63,704 nt of DNA, filler included, from Octopus bimaculoides (GCF_001194135.2; 12 parts of 9 records of this genome joined end to end with filler, not necessarily neighbours in it); one strand, 5' to 3'. Positions 11,481-22,618 are shown, counted from the first letter of the whole stretch. Program-made: numbers and translations. Notes: generated by a model not told the origin, from the sequence alone.

Positions 11481-12024
11481 AATGGTTCCATTATCTATAA
11501 CCAAACAATGTCTATAATGTAATTAAAATAGATTGCAGTAAATCTAGCAACAACTACTATTGTGTCTTTGGAGATTCAACCTAAAAATGACATTATGGAA
11601 ATGAATTTTTTCTTTTTTTCCTTCTTGATCAATAACCAACTTTGTTCCAGTTAATTGTTAATAACATCTAAACATTTTCTCAGGCTCTTCTAATATTAAT
11701 CTTATCGTCAAACACACACACACATAATGTGTGTGTGTGCGTGTGTGTGTGTGCATACGCGCACGAGTACACATGCATGTGCAGCTGATAGAAAGAGTAC
11801 TGTGTTATGCTTTTGTATGTTTATTCAAGCAACAAAGAAATGAAACTCAGACTAGCAGCAGAATGAATCGTCAGCTCCAAATAAATACACACACATCTAT
11901 GTAAGTTTGATAGAACAAACAAGAGAAAGAGAACTGAATATATACTCTTTTTTTTTTTCATCAGCAAAAGATCACAGGACTGAAAGTTTGGTAAGTGCCA
12001 TGCATAAAATGATGATGATGATGG

Positions 12025-12074
<50 letters not shown>

Positions 12075-12154
12075 NNNNNNNNNNNNNNNNNNNNNNNNNN
12101 NNNNNNNNNNNNNNNNNNTGTGCGCGCGCGCGCATGCGCATATGAATATATTCA

Positions 12155-12310
12155 TACAGGATGAGCTTCTTTCAATTGCAGTTTACCAAACCCACCCACA
12201 AGTATTTGATCAGTTCAGGGCTATAGTAGGCGGCTCTCGCTCAAGATGCCAGCCAATGGGACTGAACCCAACACCACATCATTGGAAAGCAAGCATCCTA
12301 ACTACAGACA
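12155..12310 (-). mobile_element. SINE family A 5' fragment
   Basis: GGGACTGAACCC...GGAAAGCAAGCATCCTAACTACAG. Confidence 0.65.
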
Positions 12311-13784
12311 TGAACAGACATCTGCTATTGATAAACCAGAGCAGTAACTATTTACAGTTACTTCAAAAATCACCAGCTTTGTACAACTGCTCTCTGAACA
12401 TTTCAGATATGGATTATTTTCTATTGAACCTTTCCTGTGATGTCGAATTATCTCTTGAGATACATACACTAAGTTAATTTGTGGATATAATACACATAGT
12501 ATCTAATCGACTAGAAATCAATAAAATGTTAAGTCCTGTCAGCTAAATGGCAGACTACGTCTAAATATTGAAAATTTCCCCCAAAAATAATTGAATCTAA
12601 TAGATTGGAATTTTCAGGAAATTTGGAAATACTAAAAGCAAAATTACATATATATCCTCTTGAGAGAGACAAAAAAGAAAGAATACTATATTTTTCATAT
12701 TAATGAAAGTTCATGCATTAGCAATAATAGCTAGAACTTCCCCATTTATATTTCCCAATAATAATGGCTTAAATAATGGACTCAATATGATGTAACAAAA
12801 AATAAAAACTTTTATATACATTTACATAATAACACAACTCTCCTTCCAAATCTCTTTAAATCAGGATTCAAGACTTGTAAATGCTTTACTGGGTTCATCG
12901 TTATTTAGTTGAATAAAGCTATATATATATGTATATATATATATATACACACACATACATAAAAGCATTGTCTCTTGAAACGCACCCACCCACTCTGTTT
13001 AAGATGAAAGGAACCTAATTATCAATGACTTAATAGAAATTGGAGAAAAGTCAAGACAAGAAGAGAAACACGATTGAGTTAATCTGGCATGCAGTGAAGG
13101 TTGGTGTGTCCTTCAATGAAGTGCCAAAAACAAACACAAAACTATGAACGAGAACAAATTAGAACATCAGAAGTAATGCTAACAGATAACACATACCAAA
13201 ACGAAGAAAAAGGAATGTTGATAAAACAATGTATTTAAGCAGAAATATCCATCTATATTTTCAGTTATATATTTGGCAAGTAATCCAAAGCTTGAAAAAA
13301 AAAAGAAAAAAAAAGAGGATAAGAATAACAAAAATAAGAAAGGAAATGAATCCTCTAATTATGAAGTGAGCTTGAAATATGCTTAATAAAATAGTCTCTC
13401 ACTGCTGAAACCTATATTAATAAGCAACTGACAATGGGTCTAAGCTAACAATTTGAACAACCTTTTGCAGGTCTTTTTGTTTTGATTTTTTAAGGATTTT
13501 TACATTCACTACTGTAATTTAATAAGGCTCTGCCATTTTATACCACTGAGATCAATCTCCACTACAAATTAGAATAAACAGGGACATAAATCATATTTGT
13601 GAGGCTGATTCCCCAACACCACATAGGACTTTTCTATACAGGAGGAGTGAGCAGTTGGATAAGATTGACAAAGTGGAAATTTGATCAACTGATTATATAT
13701 TGACTAGCAATGCACCCCAGCGTTGCCCAGGTGCTATGACCTACAGCTATATTGTATTATTTGTTCCTCTCTTATGGGCAGAAT

Positions 13785-13915
13785 CAGCTCACAAAGCTTT
13801 AGTAAACCTGGGACTATTGTAGAAGACACTTGCCAAAAATGCTGTGCAGTGGGATTGAACCTGAAACCATGTGGTTGGAAAGCAAACATCTTAATCACAC
13901 AGCTACATCCATGCT
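13785..13915 (-). mobile_element. SINE family A 5' fragment
   Basis: GAAGACACTTGCC...GAAACCATGTGGTTGGAAAGCAAAC. Confidence 0.75.
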
Positions 13916-13935
13916 TTTAAAATATTAAATGCAAT

Positions 13936-14152
13936 AAGAGGTGGCAAGCTGCAAAAACATTAGTGTACCAGGCAAAATATTTGGCAGCATTTCATCCATC
14001 TTTACATTCTGAGTTCTAACTCCACCAAGGTCAACTTCACTTTTCATCTTTTCAGGGTCGATAAAATAAGTACCGGTTGAACAGTGGAGTCAATGTAATC
14101 CACCTGCCCCTCCCCTGAAACTGCTGGCCTTGTGCAAAAATTTTAAACCAAT
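13936..14152 (+). mobile_element. SINE family B, CpG-decayed
   Basis: Full-length homology. TSD ATATTAAATG(C/A)AAT at 13922-13935 and 14153-14166. Confidence 0.85.
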
Positions 14153-14401
14153 ATATTAAATGAAATATTATTCTACTTAATATGTACTATATTACTACTT
14201 AATATGTACTATATTTGAAAATTAATAAAAACAGACTGACAGTGTCTTCGTTTAAGAAATATATTTATAAAAGACATTTTGCAACTGGTGGAAAATATCT
14301 TAACAAGTAATGATTTTCAAATCAGAAGGTATTCCTCACAAACAGATTTTTGTATAAAATATAAATCGCATTCAATATAAATTCTACTCAATATGCCTCA
14401 C

Positions 14402-14439
14402 ATGGTGAAGAGCACTAAAATTTGATTTGTATTTGTAAT
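14402..14439 (-). other. Candidate small exon (38 nt)
   Basis: CGTTTCCTTTCAG|ATTACA...CACCAT|GTGAGG. Confidence 0.2.
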
Positions 14440-15526
14440 CTGAAAGGAAACGTTTAAAACCAGCCTAATTTCATTCCAGTCACGGATTCTTATCGCTCAA
14501 AAATCGGCTTCTAATATTAATAATTTATCAAAAGAGTTTACAAAAGCATAGGTAGCACACTATGAATTTCAATAGAGAGAGAGAGAGTGTGTGTGTGTGT
14601 GTGTGTGTGTGTATGTTTATACATACACATAAAATGCAAGTTTAATAACAGCAACAGAACATTTACTGATAGGGAACCCAATAGCTGAGACTGGAGTAAA
14701 ATTTATTGAAATTTAGGATGACTAGGATTTTACTTGTATACATAAACTTACATATCACACATACATTCTTACTATCTTCACTGTTTATATCAATATATGT
14801 CGGGTTGAAAATCTAACCCACATACAATGTAGAGTGTATATTTTTAAATATCCACAAATGTATTTATATAAATGTGCGCATATACAAAAACACACATATG
14901 TATTCATCAATACATGCACACATATACATACTTCTTACAGCCATTGTTTTAGAACCAGGAAAGAAACAGTATAATAAAGTAAAATGAAATAAATATATAT
15001 NNNNNNNNNNNNNNNNNNNNNNNNNNNNNNNNNNNNNNNNNNNNNNNNNNNNNNNNNNNNNNNNNNNNNNNNNNNNNNNNNNNNNNNNNNNNNNNNNNNN
15101 ACATATATGTTACATATATATACATAAAATATACATACATTATATATTTCCACCTTTTACTTTTTCCTTTAAAGCGTGAAACTAATAATATATTTAAGAA
15201 AACGTGTCCCTTTTGTTGTGTTTTTAGTTATTGGTCAATCTTACATATATATGTGTGGACACTTAAAACACACACATTAAGTTATTGTTTTATTGAATTA
15301 GCGCACATTAACATACGAGAATAAGGAAAGGAAAAAATAACCAACGCGTGTGTGCCTATGTATGCACACTGCTCTTGTATATATAGATGTAACTGTACAT
15401 ATATGCACTTGAATATATATATATCCTCACTACTATTTATTTCTTGACACTTTTAGGCACAAATCTAATTATACATACACGTAATATATCTGCATATTTA
15501 TATTAGTCTTAGATGAGAAATCCTAT

Positions 15527-15529
<3 letters not shown>

Positions 15530-15603
<74 letters not shown>
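15530..15603. repeat. (AT)n microsatellite
   Basis: Direct observation. Confidence 0.98.
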
Positions 15604-15607
<4 letters not shown>

Positions 15608-16139
15608 TGTGTGTGTATACACATTCATATAGTGTACATGTAGTTTATTGACACACACTCCGGCTGCCTGTATGTACTTGCCCGGTTAGAAACAACATCG
15701 CAAACAGCCGGATAGTAAAAGCTTAGATAGCAAAGACGGACTAAAAGGTATGCCGTGGGCCGCATGCGGCTCTTGGAGATACCATAATCGGCTCCCGAGA
15801 TAATAGTGTGTCTCAGTGCTGTATGCGAAAAAAAAGTATTACTAATAAATCCTTTGGCATTCCTGCCAGTCGGGTTTTTGAAGTATCAGCTATAGAAATT
15901 AAGACTAAATAAAGAAAGGGCTTCAACAAGCAGATTAATCGATCTCCTTGGGTAAGTAGGCTGTTGTATTTCGTCATTTATAAATATAATTTTTAAAAAA
16001 TATATGTTGCACCTCTTGAACTATGAATTTATATATATATATGTGTGTGTGTGTGGTTCTTCATCATCTATTTGCCATCCCTAGCATACGTAAGTAAAAG
16101 GAAATGGGATATAGTTAAAGGAGACGAGAGTGGGTAATT

Positions 16140-16745
16140 GAAAGAAATCGGTCCCCGTCTTTTCGTCCAATATAATAAGCAAGAAGATTGTTGCGGACAA
16201 CCGCAACTACCACTTGGCGACGACAGTGCAACAACAGTAAATTACATGACAACGGAAATAGACTAATAGTGTAACTTACCTGTAAACTTAGACGTCGACT
16301 GTGTTCATCAAATTAGAGGATTGACAACGTCTTTCATGCGAACATACTCGAACATTCAGCTTGATTTTATGCAATGATTGGTGTGCAGAGGGTTTGGATG
16401 TTAGCTTCTCTCCTTGGCTTTTTAGTATGAAACAGGAGCTCGCTACAGAAAACTAGTTAGTAGTTTAGCGAGATATTTTCGTTAAGAGATGAATATAAAT
16501 GTATATACACGCACATATATATATTATGTATTTTAGTATAATATATATTTATGTACGTATCAATAAAAGAGAGGGGGGACTTCGGTTCGCACGTCTTCTT
16601 GTTTTCTTTTCTTTTTTCTTTTTTTTTTTACTTTCCTGATGAAGAGACTTTATAATGAACCAATAGGAATAAAGCTTGTAACCAGCCAATCAGATTGCGG
16701 CTTAGTAAACAAGCTTTAACTATTTTATCATGTGACGTCAACAGC
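16140..16745. promoter_or_regulatory. Putative promoter island
   Basis: Unique CpG-retaining sequence. CCAAT at about 16660 and 16686, ATTGG at about 16377, palindromic CRE TGACGTCA at 16733-16740, ETS-like CGGAAAT at about 16253, and a strong minus-strand donor CAG|GTAAGT at 16280. Confidence 0.4.
16280..16400 (-). other. Candidate first (non-coding) exon; 5' limit approximate
   Basis: Consensus donor TTTACAG|GTAAGT. Only short ORFs closed within the exon (MFEYVRMKDVVNPLI*, MNTVDV*). Confidence 0.35.
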
Positions 16746-16938
16746 ATTTTTTTCCTATTTCACATATTTTTGTTCTATTCTGGTTTTATTGTCAAAAGTA
16801 GAAAAAAGGAACAAAAAGAAAAAAGGTTATATAAAGGGAGTCACATATTTCAAAGTTACTTTGTCCTCAAAACGCTATCGGAATGATAAAAGTTTCATTG
16901 GGAGAAGGGTTATTTTTTGCATTTGGCTAGTCATGCTC

Positions 16939-16990
<52 letters not shown>

Positions 16991-17169
16991 ATAATTTAAA
17001 GATAGTGAAAACTTTCACTAAATATAAGACAGGAGCTGTAAAGTATTTGTACCAACTCATTTCATACAGAAATACCCTTAAAAGTAAAAGAAAAAAGTTT
17101 TGGCACATCATGTTATATTTATAAACCATCCTGTTGATGTATGTTGTAAATAAAAGAATAAGACAATCC

Positions 17170-17404
17170 TAAAAAGGGATCCTCACGGACCCTTTTATTC
17201 CTGTTTTACTCTACTGAACCCTAATAAACATTCAATGTTCAAAAAAGTTCGATTATATTTTTTAAATTAAATATTATCAGAAATTGTATTAAAAAATTCA
17301 GATATTTTGTGTATTGTAGGAGTATAACCAAGTTATTGCAGATAAATTTTAACACCAAAATCTTATGTGCCCCACAGCATAAAGGTCATGTTGAAAACCC
17401 CTGC
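17170..17404 (+). mobile_element. hAT-like MITE, degenerate relative of 54604-54867
   Basis: Shares TATTTTGTGTATTG.AG.AGTATAACCAA.TTATTGCA.ATAAA.TTTAACA.CAAAATCTTAT and ends TTGAAAACCCCTG. Confidence 0.7.
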
Positions 17405-17784
17405 TCTACATTGTTATGAGACCACCTAGAAATAGCAACCATATATCCTACAAATCACACCCCAGTCTTAGAAAAGGATGAACTGAGTGTCCTATTGATT
17501 GGGAGAAGGAAAGGTGGACATGGCTAGAATGTCTTTATTCATAGGTCTGCTTGATTTGAGCTGACCTTGGATTAAGCAACAGCAACAAGGATATATATTT
17601 TTATCTTTTATTTGTTTCAGTCACTGGATTGCAGACATGATGGGGCCTCTTTGAAGAGTTTAATCAAACAAATCAACACCACTTCTTATTTTAAGTCTGG
17701 ACCTCTCAAGGCAAATACTGCAGTATTCAGCATTCTAACAAGACATTCACTTTAAGCTGGTAGAACCATTAATCCCAACACGTT

Positions 17785-17824
<40 letters not shown>

Positions 17825-17828
<4 letters not shown>

Positions 17829-17974
17829 CTCTCATCTCTTTCTGTCAAAGTGCATTGGCTTGAAATGTCAAAGACTTTTCCTTTCTTCCTGAGCATCAAA
17901 TTAATACACCTGCTTGTTGTTCACTTACCTGTCTTTGTCTTTTGTTTACTATGCAACATTTGAACTATAGCTAG

Positions 17975-17975
<1 letters not shown>
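17825..17975 (+). mobile_element. Repeat family G (Penelope-like 3' end), CpG-decayed
   Basis: Homologous to 25890-26020 and to the reverse complement of 60130-60240. The Penelope assignment is inferred from the hammerhead-like core. Confidence 0.6.
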
Positions 17976-18009
<34 letters not shown>

Positions 18010-19395
18010 TAAAAAATGACGTTGACCACTAACGTGGACAATTAATGTGCTAGAAATAGATCACATCTTGTGTCTATTAAGACCTAAATTGTTCTTCCGA
18101 AACCGGTTCCTGTTTAAGAATGCTTTTTTAGGTGATTTTAAATGTCTTGCCCGCTCATATTTTGGTATGCTGCTATATTTCATATNNNNNNNNNNNNNNN
18201 NNNNNNNNNNNNNNNNNNNNNNNNNNNNNTTAATTAATTAANNNNNNNNNNNNNNNNNNNNNNNNNNNNNNNNNNNNNNNNNNNNAAGGAGCTGTTGTGG
18301 TAGCAGACCACGAAACATGGTTGAAATTCCTCTTCAGGAGGAGTTACCTCAATCCTTTCTGTATAAACGAAAATGAAGTAGATTGACAAANNNNNNNNNN
18401 NNNNNNNNNNNNNNNNNNNNNNNNNNNNNNNNNNNNNNNNNNNNNNNNNNNNNNNNNNNNNNNNNNNNNNNNNNNNNNNNNNNNNNNNNNNNNNNNNNNN
18501 NNNNNNNNNNNNNNNNNNNNNNNNNNNNNNNNNNNNNNNNNNNNNNNNNNNNNNNNNNNNNNNNNNNNNNNNNNNNNNNNNNNNNNNNNNNNNNNNNNNN
18601 NNNNNNNNNNNNNNNNNNNNNNNNNNNNNNNNNNNNNNNNNNNNNNNNNNNNNNNNNNNNNNNNNNNNNNNNNNNNNNNNNNNNNNNNNNNNNNNNNNNN
18701 NNNNNNNNNNNNNNNNNNNNNNNNNNNNNNNNNNNNNNNNNNNNNNNNNNNNNNNNNNNNNNNNNNNNNNNNNNNNNNNNNNNNNNNNNNNNNNNNNNNN
18801 NNNNNNNNNNNNNNNNNNNNNNNNNNNNNNNNNNNNNNNNNNNNNNNNNNNNNNNNNNNNNNNNNNNNNNNNNNNNNNNNNNNNNNNNNNNNNNNNNNNN
18901 NNNNNNNNNNNNNNNNNNNNNNNNNNNNNNNNNNNNNNNNNNNNNNNNNNNNNNNNNNNNNNNNNNNNNNNNNNNNNNNNNNNNNNNNNNNNNNNNNNNN
19001 NNNNNNNNNNNNNNNNNNNNNNNNNNNNNNNNNNNNNNNNNNNNNNNNNNNNNNNNNAAATAGTGTTCACGAGATAGCAAAATGGCACTCTTCTTTTAAT
19101 TTTGACTATTATTATTATTATTATTATTGCTCTTTCGTTTATTGAAGCAATATTATCTAGACACCGTTAACCATTAGAAGACTANNNNNNNNNNATGTCA
19201 ATAACATGAGATCAAGTATTCAATCAACTGATTCAGGAAGTTTATTAAAAACAATACTAGCCAATGACTAACATTGTTTTCCCTAAACGTATATTTATCC
19301 TAGTTTACTTTTTAATATATCGTTCATTAAATAGGCTGTCACTGACTTATGTATATGTTTGTCTGTTTAGCTACGTTAGATACTTTAACACTTAC

Positions 19396-19573
19396 CTAAA
19401 ATTGTAAACATCCTTCCGTTTTGCAGCATACATCTCAACATATATAACACATAAGCTATTAAAGCCTTGACGAGGTCACACGAACTGATCGAAATATCTA
19501 ACAAAATATGTCTCAAATCTTTTCGCACCAACATAGAAACGGATTTATAGAATAACACGGCTTCGGGTTCCAT
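19396..19573 (-). other. Candidate coding first exon (MEPEAVLF...MFTIL, phase 1)
   Basis: AACATGG start context, open frame, donor TTTAG|GTAAGT and CpG-retaining unique sequence. No recognised homology. Confidence 0.2.
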
Positions 19574-19672
19574 GTTCAGAGTGAAAAGGCAACGTAGTCC
19601 TATTTCGAATAGCCCTGAGCATAGGTGAACACGATCAGAGGTCCACTGGGTCTGATTAAAACCCGCATCGCA

Positions 19673-19705
<33 letters not shown>

Positions 19706-20469
19706 NNNNNNNNNNTGTGTGTGTGTGTGTGTGTGTGTGTGTGCACGCTCGTATACGTGGAAAAATCAAAGTGAAAAAGGTTATGAAAATTACAGGCAGA
19801 AAAGAACAGTTCAAAATGGAATAACTATCACTCCTCTACAGGGTCCAAAATCACTGTAGATTCACCGTATTTAGGCCTATATTCTTAATCCGATATTGTT
19901 ACTCTTATGGATGTCCCAGTTATTGTAAGCAATACTGAGGTAGTGGATGTTACAAAGAAAAATCTCGTTATGTGGAGAACAATAATATACAAGACATAAG
20001 TTATAGGCAAGCAGCTTCGTGTATTACACAGTTCAATAATAAAAGAAGTGTATTGTCTTTCAACTCGGCACAGAAATAAAGCAACCAGAGGAAATGTTAG
20101 TGTGACTGAAGGAATAGAAGCTTCATTGGAAAAGAAGTTGAAAGACAGAGAAAGGGGTAAAATGGAACGGTAGTGAAGCGAGTGAGATGATGAGGAATAC
20201 GCAATGTGATCAGAAGATGGACTATGTTAATGGCAGGAATTTAGGAACATGCGAACTGAGAGGAAAGTTCAGCGCGAGCAATTATGAGTGAAGGGCGCAT
20301 GCTTTTTTGTGGCAGAGTTGTCTAAAAAGGGGTAATCCCCAAGAAGGATGTGTAAATATTTCGGTAGGTCGGAGGAGGGTTACTTCAGAATATGGTGTGA
20401 GTAAAAATTGAATAAAACTTGCAACAAAGTTTTAATTAAAGTATAATTAAAATGGGAATTAATATATAT

Positions 20470-20740
20470 ACTATTTTACTAAAGCTGAAAAAAAAAATCT
20501 TTTCAAACTGTAACTCACAGTTTCATGTGATGTTCATCAGACAGTTGTGATTATGCACGAATATTTTTGAAGAATTTTATCGCAACTGTCTGATGGGTAG
20601 TCACGTGAAACGGTCACGAGTTTCAGTTTATGAAGATTTTTTTTTTCAGCCTTAATAAAATAACATATTACTCTACCTTTGGTATTCGAGTATTATTTTT
20701 TTCCACCTTGTTTTGCACCAATGTGCTTACTTGCGACTTT
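20470..20740. mobile_element. Inverted pair of family F repeat ends plus tail (Penelope pseudo-LTR-like)
   Basis: About 80-bp imperfect inverted arms (20470-20551 and 20578-20665), then AATAAAATAACATATTACTCTACC...TTTTCCACCTTG. That tail is shared with 60360-60425. Confidence 0.6.
20506..20546 (-). ncRNA. Minimal type I hammerhead-ribozyme-like motif
   Basis: Reverse complement reads AACUGU CUGAUGA ACAUCACAU GAAA CU GUG AG UU ACAGUU: intact core, 6-bp stem I, 3-bp stem III with a triloop, 1-bp stem II and a GUU triplet. Confidence 0.5.
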
Positions 20741-21712
20741 TGTGTGTGTGTGTGTGTGTGTGTCTATGTGTGTACGCGTGCGAGCGTATGCGCACGCGCT
20801 TGAAGCTGCTTAATAATGTGCTTGCTTGCTTGCTTATGACAGCGTCGATCCAGGACATTTATCTTCTCCCGTCTCCAACATATAGTTTCTCATAGCAGTG
20901 GATGGGGGCAGACAAGGCTGTTACGAGACAGGCAGATCCTGTGGCANNNNNNNNNNGTGGATGGGGGCAGACAAGGCTGTTACGAGACAGGCAGATCCTG
21001 TGGCACTGAGAGTACTCAATAAGGTAAACATTACAAATATCTTAATTAACATACATATGGCGTTTAAACGCCAGAGGCTGCAGTTTTTCCTCTGGGAAAG
21101 ATCCCTTTAAAGATGTATCGTNNNNNNNNNNNNNNNNNNNNNNNNNNNNNNNNNNNNNNNNNNGGGGGTGAAATGAAACCGCATGTATTAGAAGTTACAC
21201 ATTCTCGAAATTCAACTTGCTTTCAATGAAAGAGGCTGCGATATGACCAACAGGCAAACACAACGCTGTTCCTGGCCATCACTTCCAATGGTTCGAGATG
21301 GATTTATTATAGAGCCCATGTAAGCAAAACCGCTTTATGTTTGCCAGCCCCCCTTTTTTTTNNNNNNNNNNTTTTTTTTATTTATGAGATTAAACCTCTA
21401 AATAATGAGACAATGTTTTTAAAGAACATAAGAGCTTTTAGATGTTCTGCGAGTAATACATTTCGATATGCTTAGCCGAAGGCATTTAATAATAAAGAGC
21501 TTTTGTTAATTGATTAAAAATATTCAGAGCTATATCACTAGTTTGCTTGTTTAATACGAAACAGAGCAGCAGCAGCAGTAGTAGTAATAGTATCTATAAC
21601 TACATTGCCAGACGTTTTTGTTTTGGAAGACTAATTTTGGCGAGATTTATTTGATATTCTTTTCAAGTGGCTTATTGAATTGGCTTTTGGTGGGTGCCTC
21701 TTGATTTACGTA

Positions 21713-21758
<46 letters not shown>

Positions 21759-21869
21759 NNNNNNNNNNNNNNNNNNNNNNNNNNNNNNNNNNNNNNNNNN
21801 NNTTAATTAATTAANNNNNNNNNNNNNNNNNNNNNNNNNNNNNNNNNNNNNNNNNNNNGTGTTCTGGGA

Positions 21870-21985
21870 ATGAGAGAGAGAGAGAGAGACAGAGGTATGA
21901 AAGGTAGAGCGAGATGCGAGATGGAAAGGGTAATAGAAGTGAGAGAGAGTGAGTGATTGAGTGTCGGGGAGAGAGAAATAAAGAG

Positions 21986-22017
<32 letters not shown>

Positions 22018-22207
22018 GGTGTCACATAGTAGTAGTAGTAGTAGGAGGAGGAGGAGGAGGGACAGCATCAGGAAGAGGAATAGTGGAAGGTATAGAAGAA
22101 TTCGAGCAGTAATGGGATGAGGAGAAATTGCGTGACAACTGATGATGATGGTGATGATGATGATGGTAGCGGTGGTGCTGGTGGTGGTGCTGGTAGTGGT
22201 GGTGGTG

Positions 22208-22254
<47 letters not shown>

Positions 22255-22582
22255 TATTATTATTACGACGACTATGGCAATGATATGATGATGATGATGA
22301 TGGCACTATGAACAAGAAGGAAGCTGAAGGAAGAGGAGAAGGCAGGGGAAGAGTAGGAGTACAAAAAGGATGAAGACGATGATGATGATGATGATGATAT
22401 TCGACAAGGGTTCAATGATGAGGGTGAGGGATTGAGTGGGGGATGCGGTGGCGTGGCGATGGGGCAGCTTGGGGAGCGAGCGAAGAGGTGTATGGTGGCA
22501 GATGCATAGAGAGAGAGCGAGTATAGGAGAGCAGTGGGATGAGGAGAGAAAGTAGAGAGAGTAAGAGAGAGAGAGTAAGAGT

Positions 22583-22618
<36 letters not shown>

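Noticed and set aside
12845-12905. Minus-strand ACGATGA...CTGA resembling a C/D snoRNA
   Set aside because: The C box is imperfect, only about 33 nt separate the boxes, and there is no terminal stem or second D box.
13702-13731. ACTAGC...CCCAGCGTTGCCCAGG resembling a Helitron-type terminus
   Set aside because: Only about 30 bp, with no other end visible.
16635-16672. CTGATGAAGAG...GAACC in the promoter-like island
   Set aside because: No GAAA, stem II or stem III.
19936-19944. TGAGGTAGT matching the let-7 5' end
   Set aside because: The match stops at 9 nt and there is no precursor hairpin.
20898-21005. 49-bp direct repeat
   Set aside because: The copies flank a 10-N gap exactly, typical of unmerged contig overlap.
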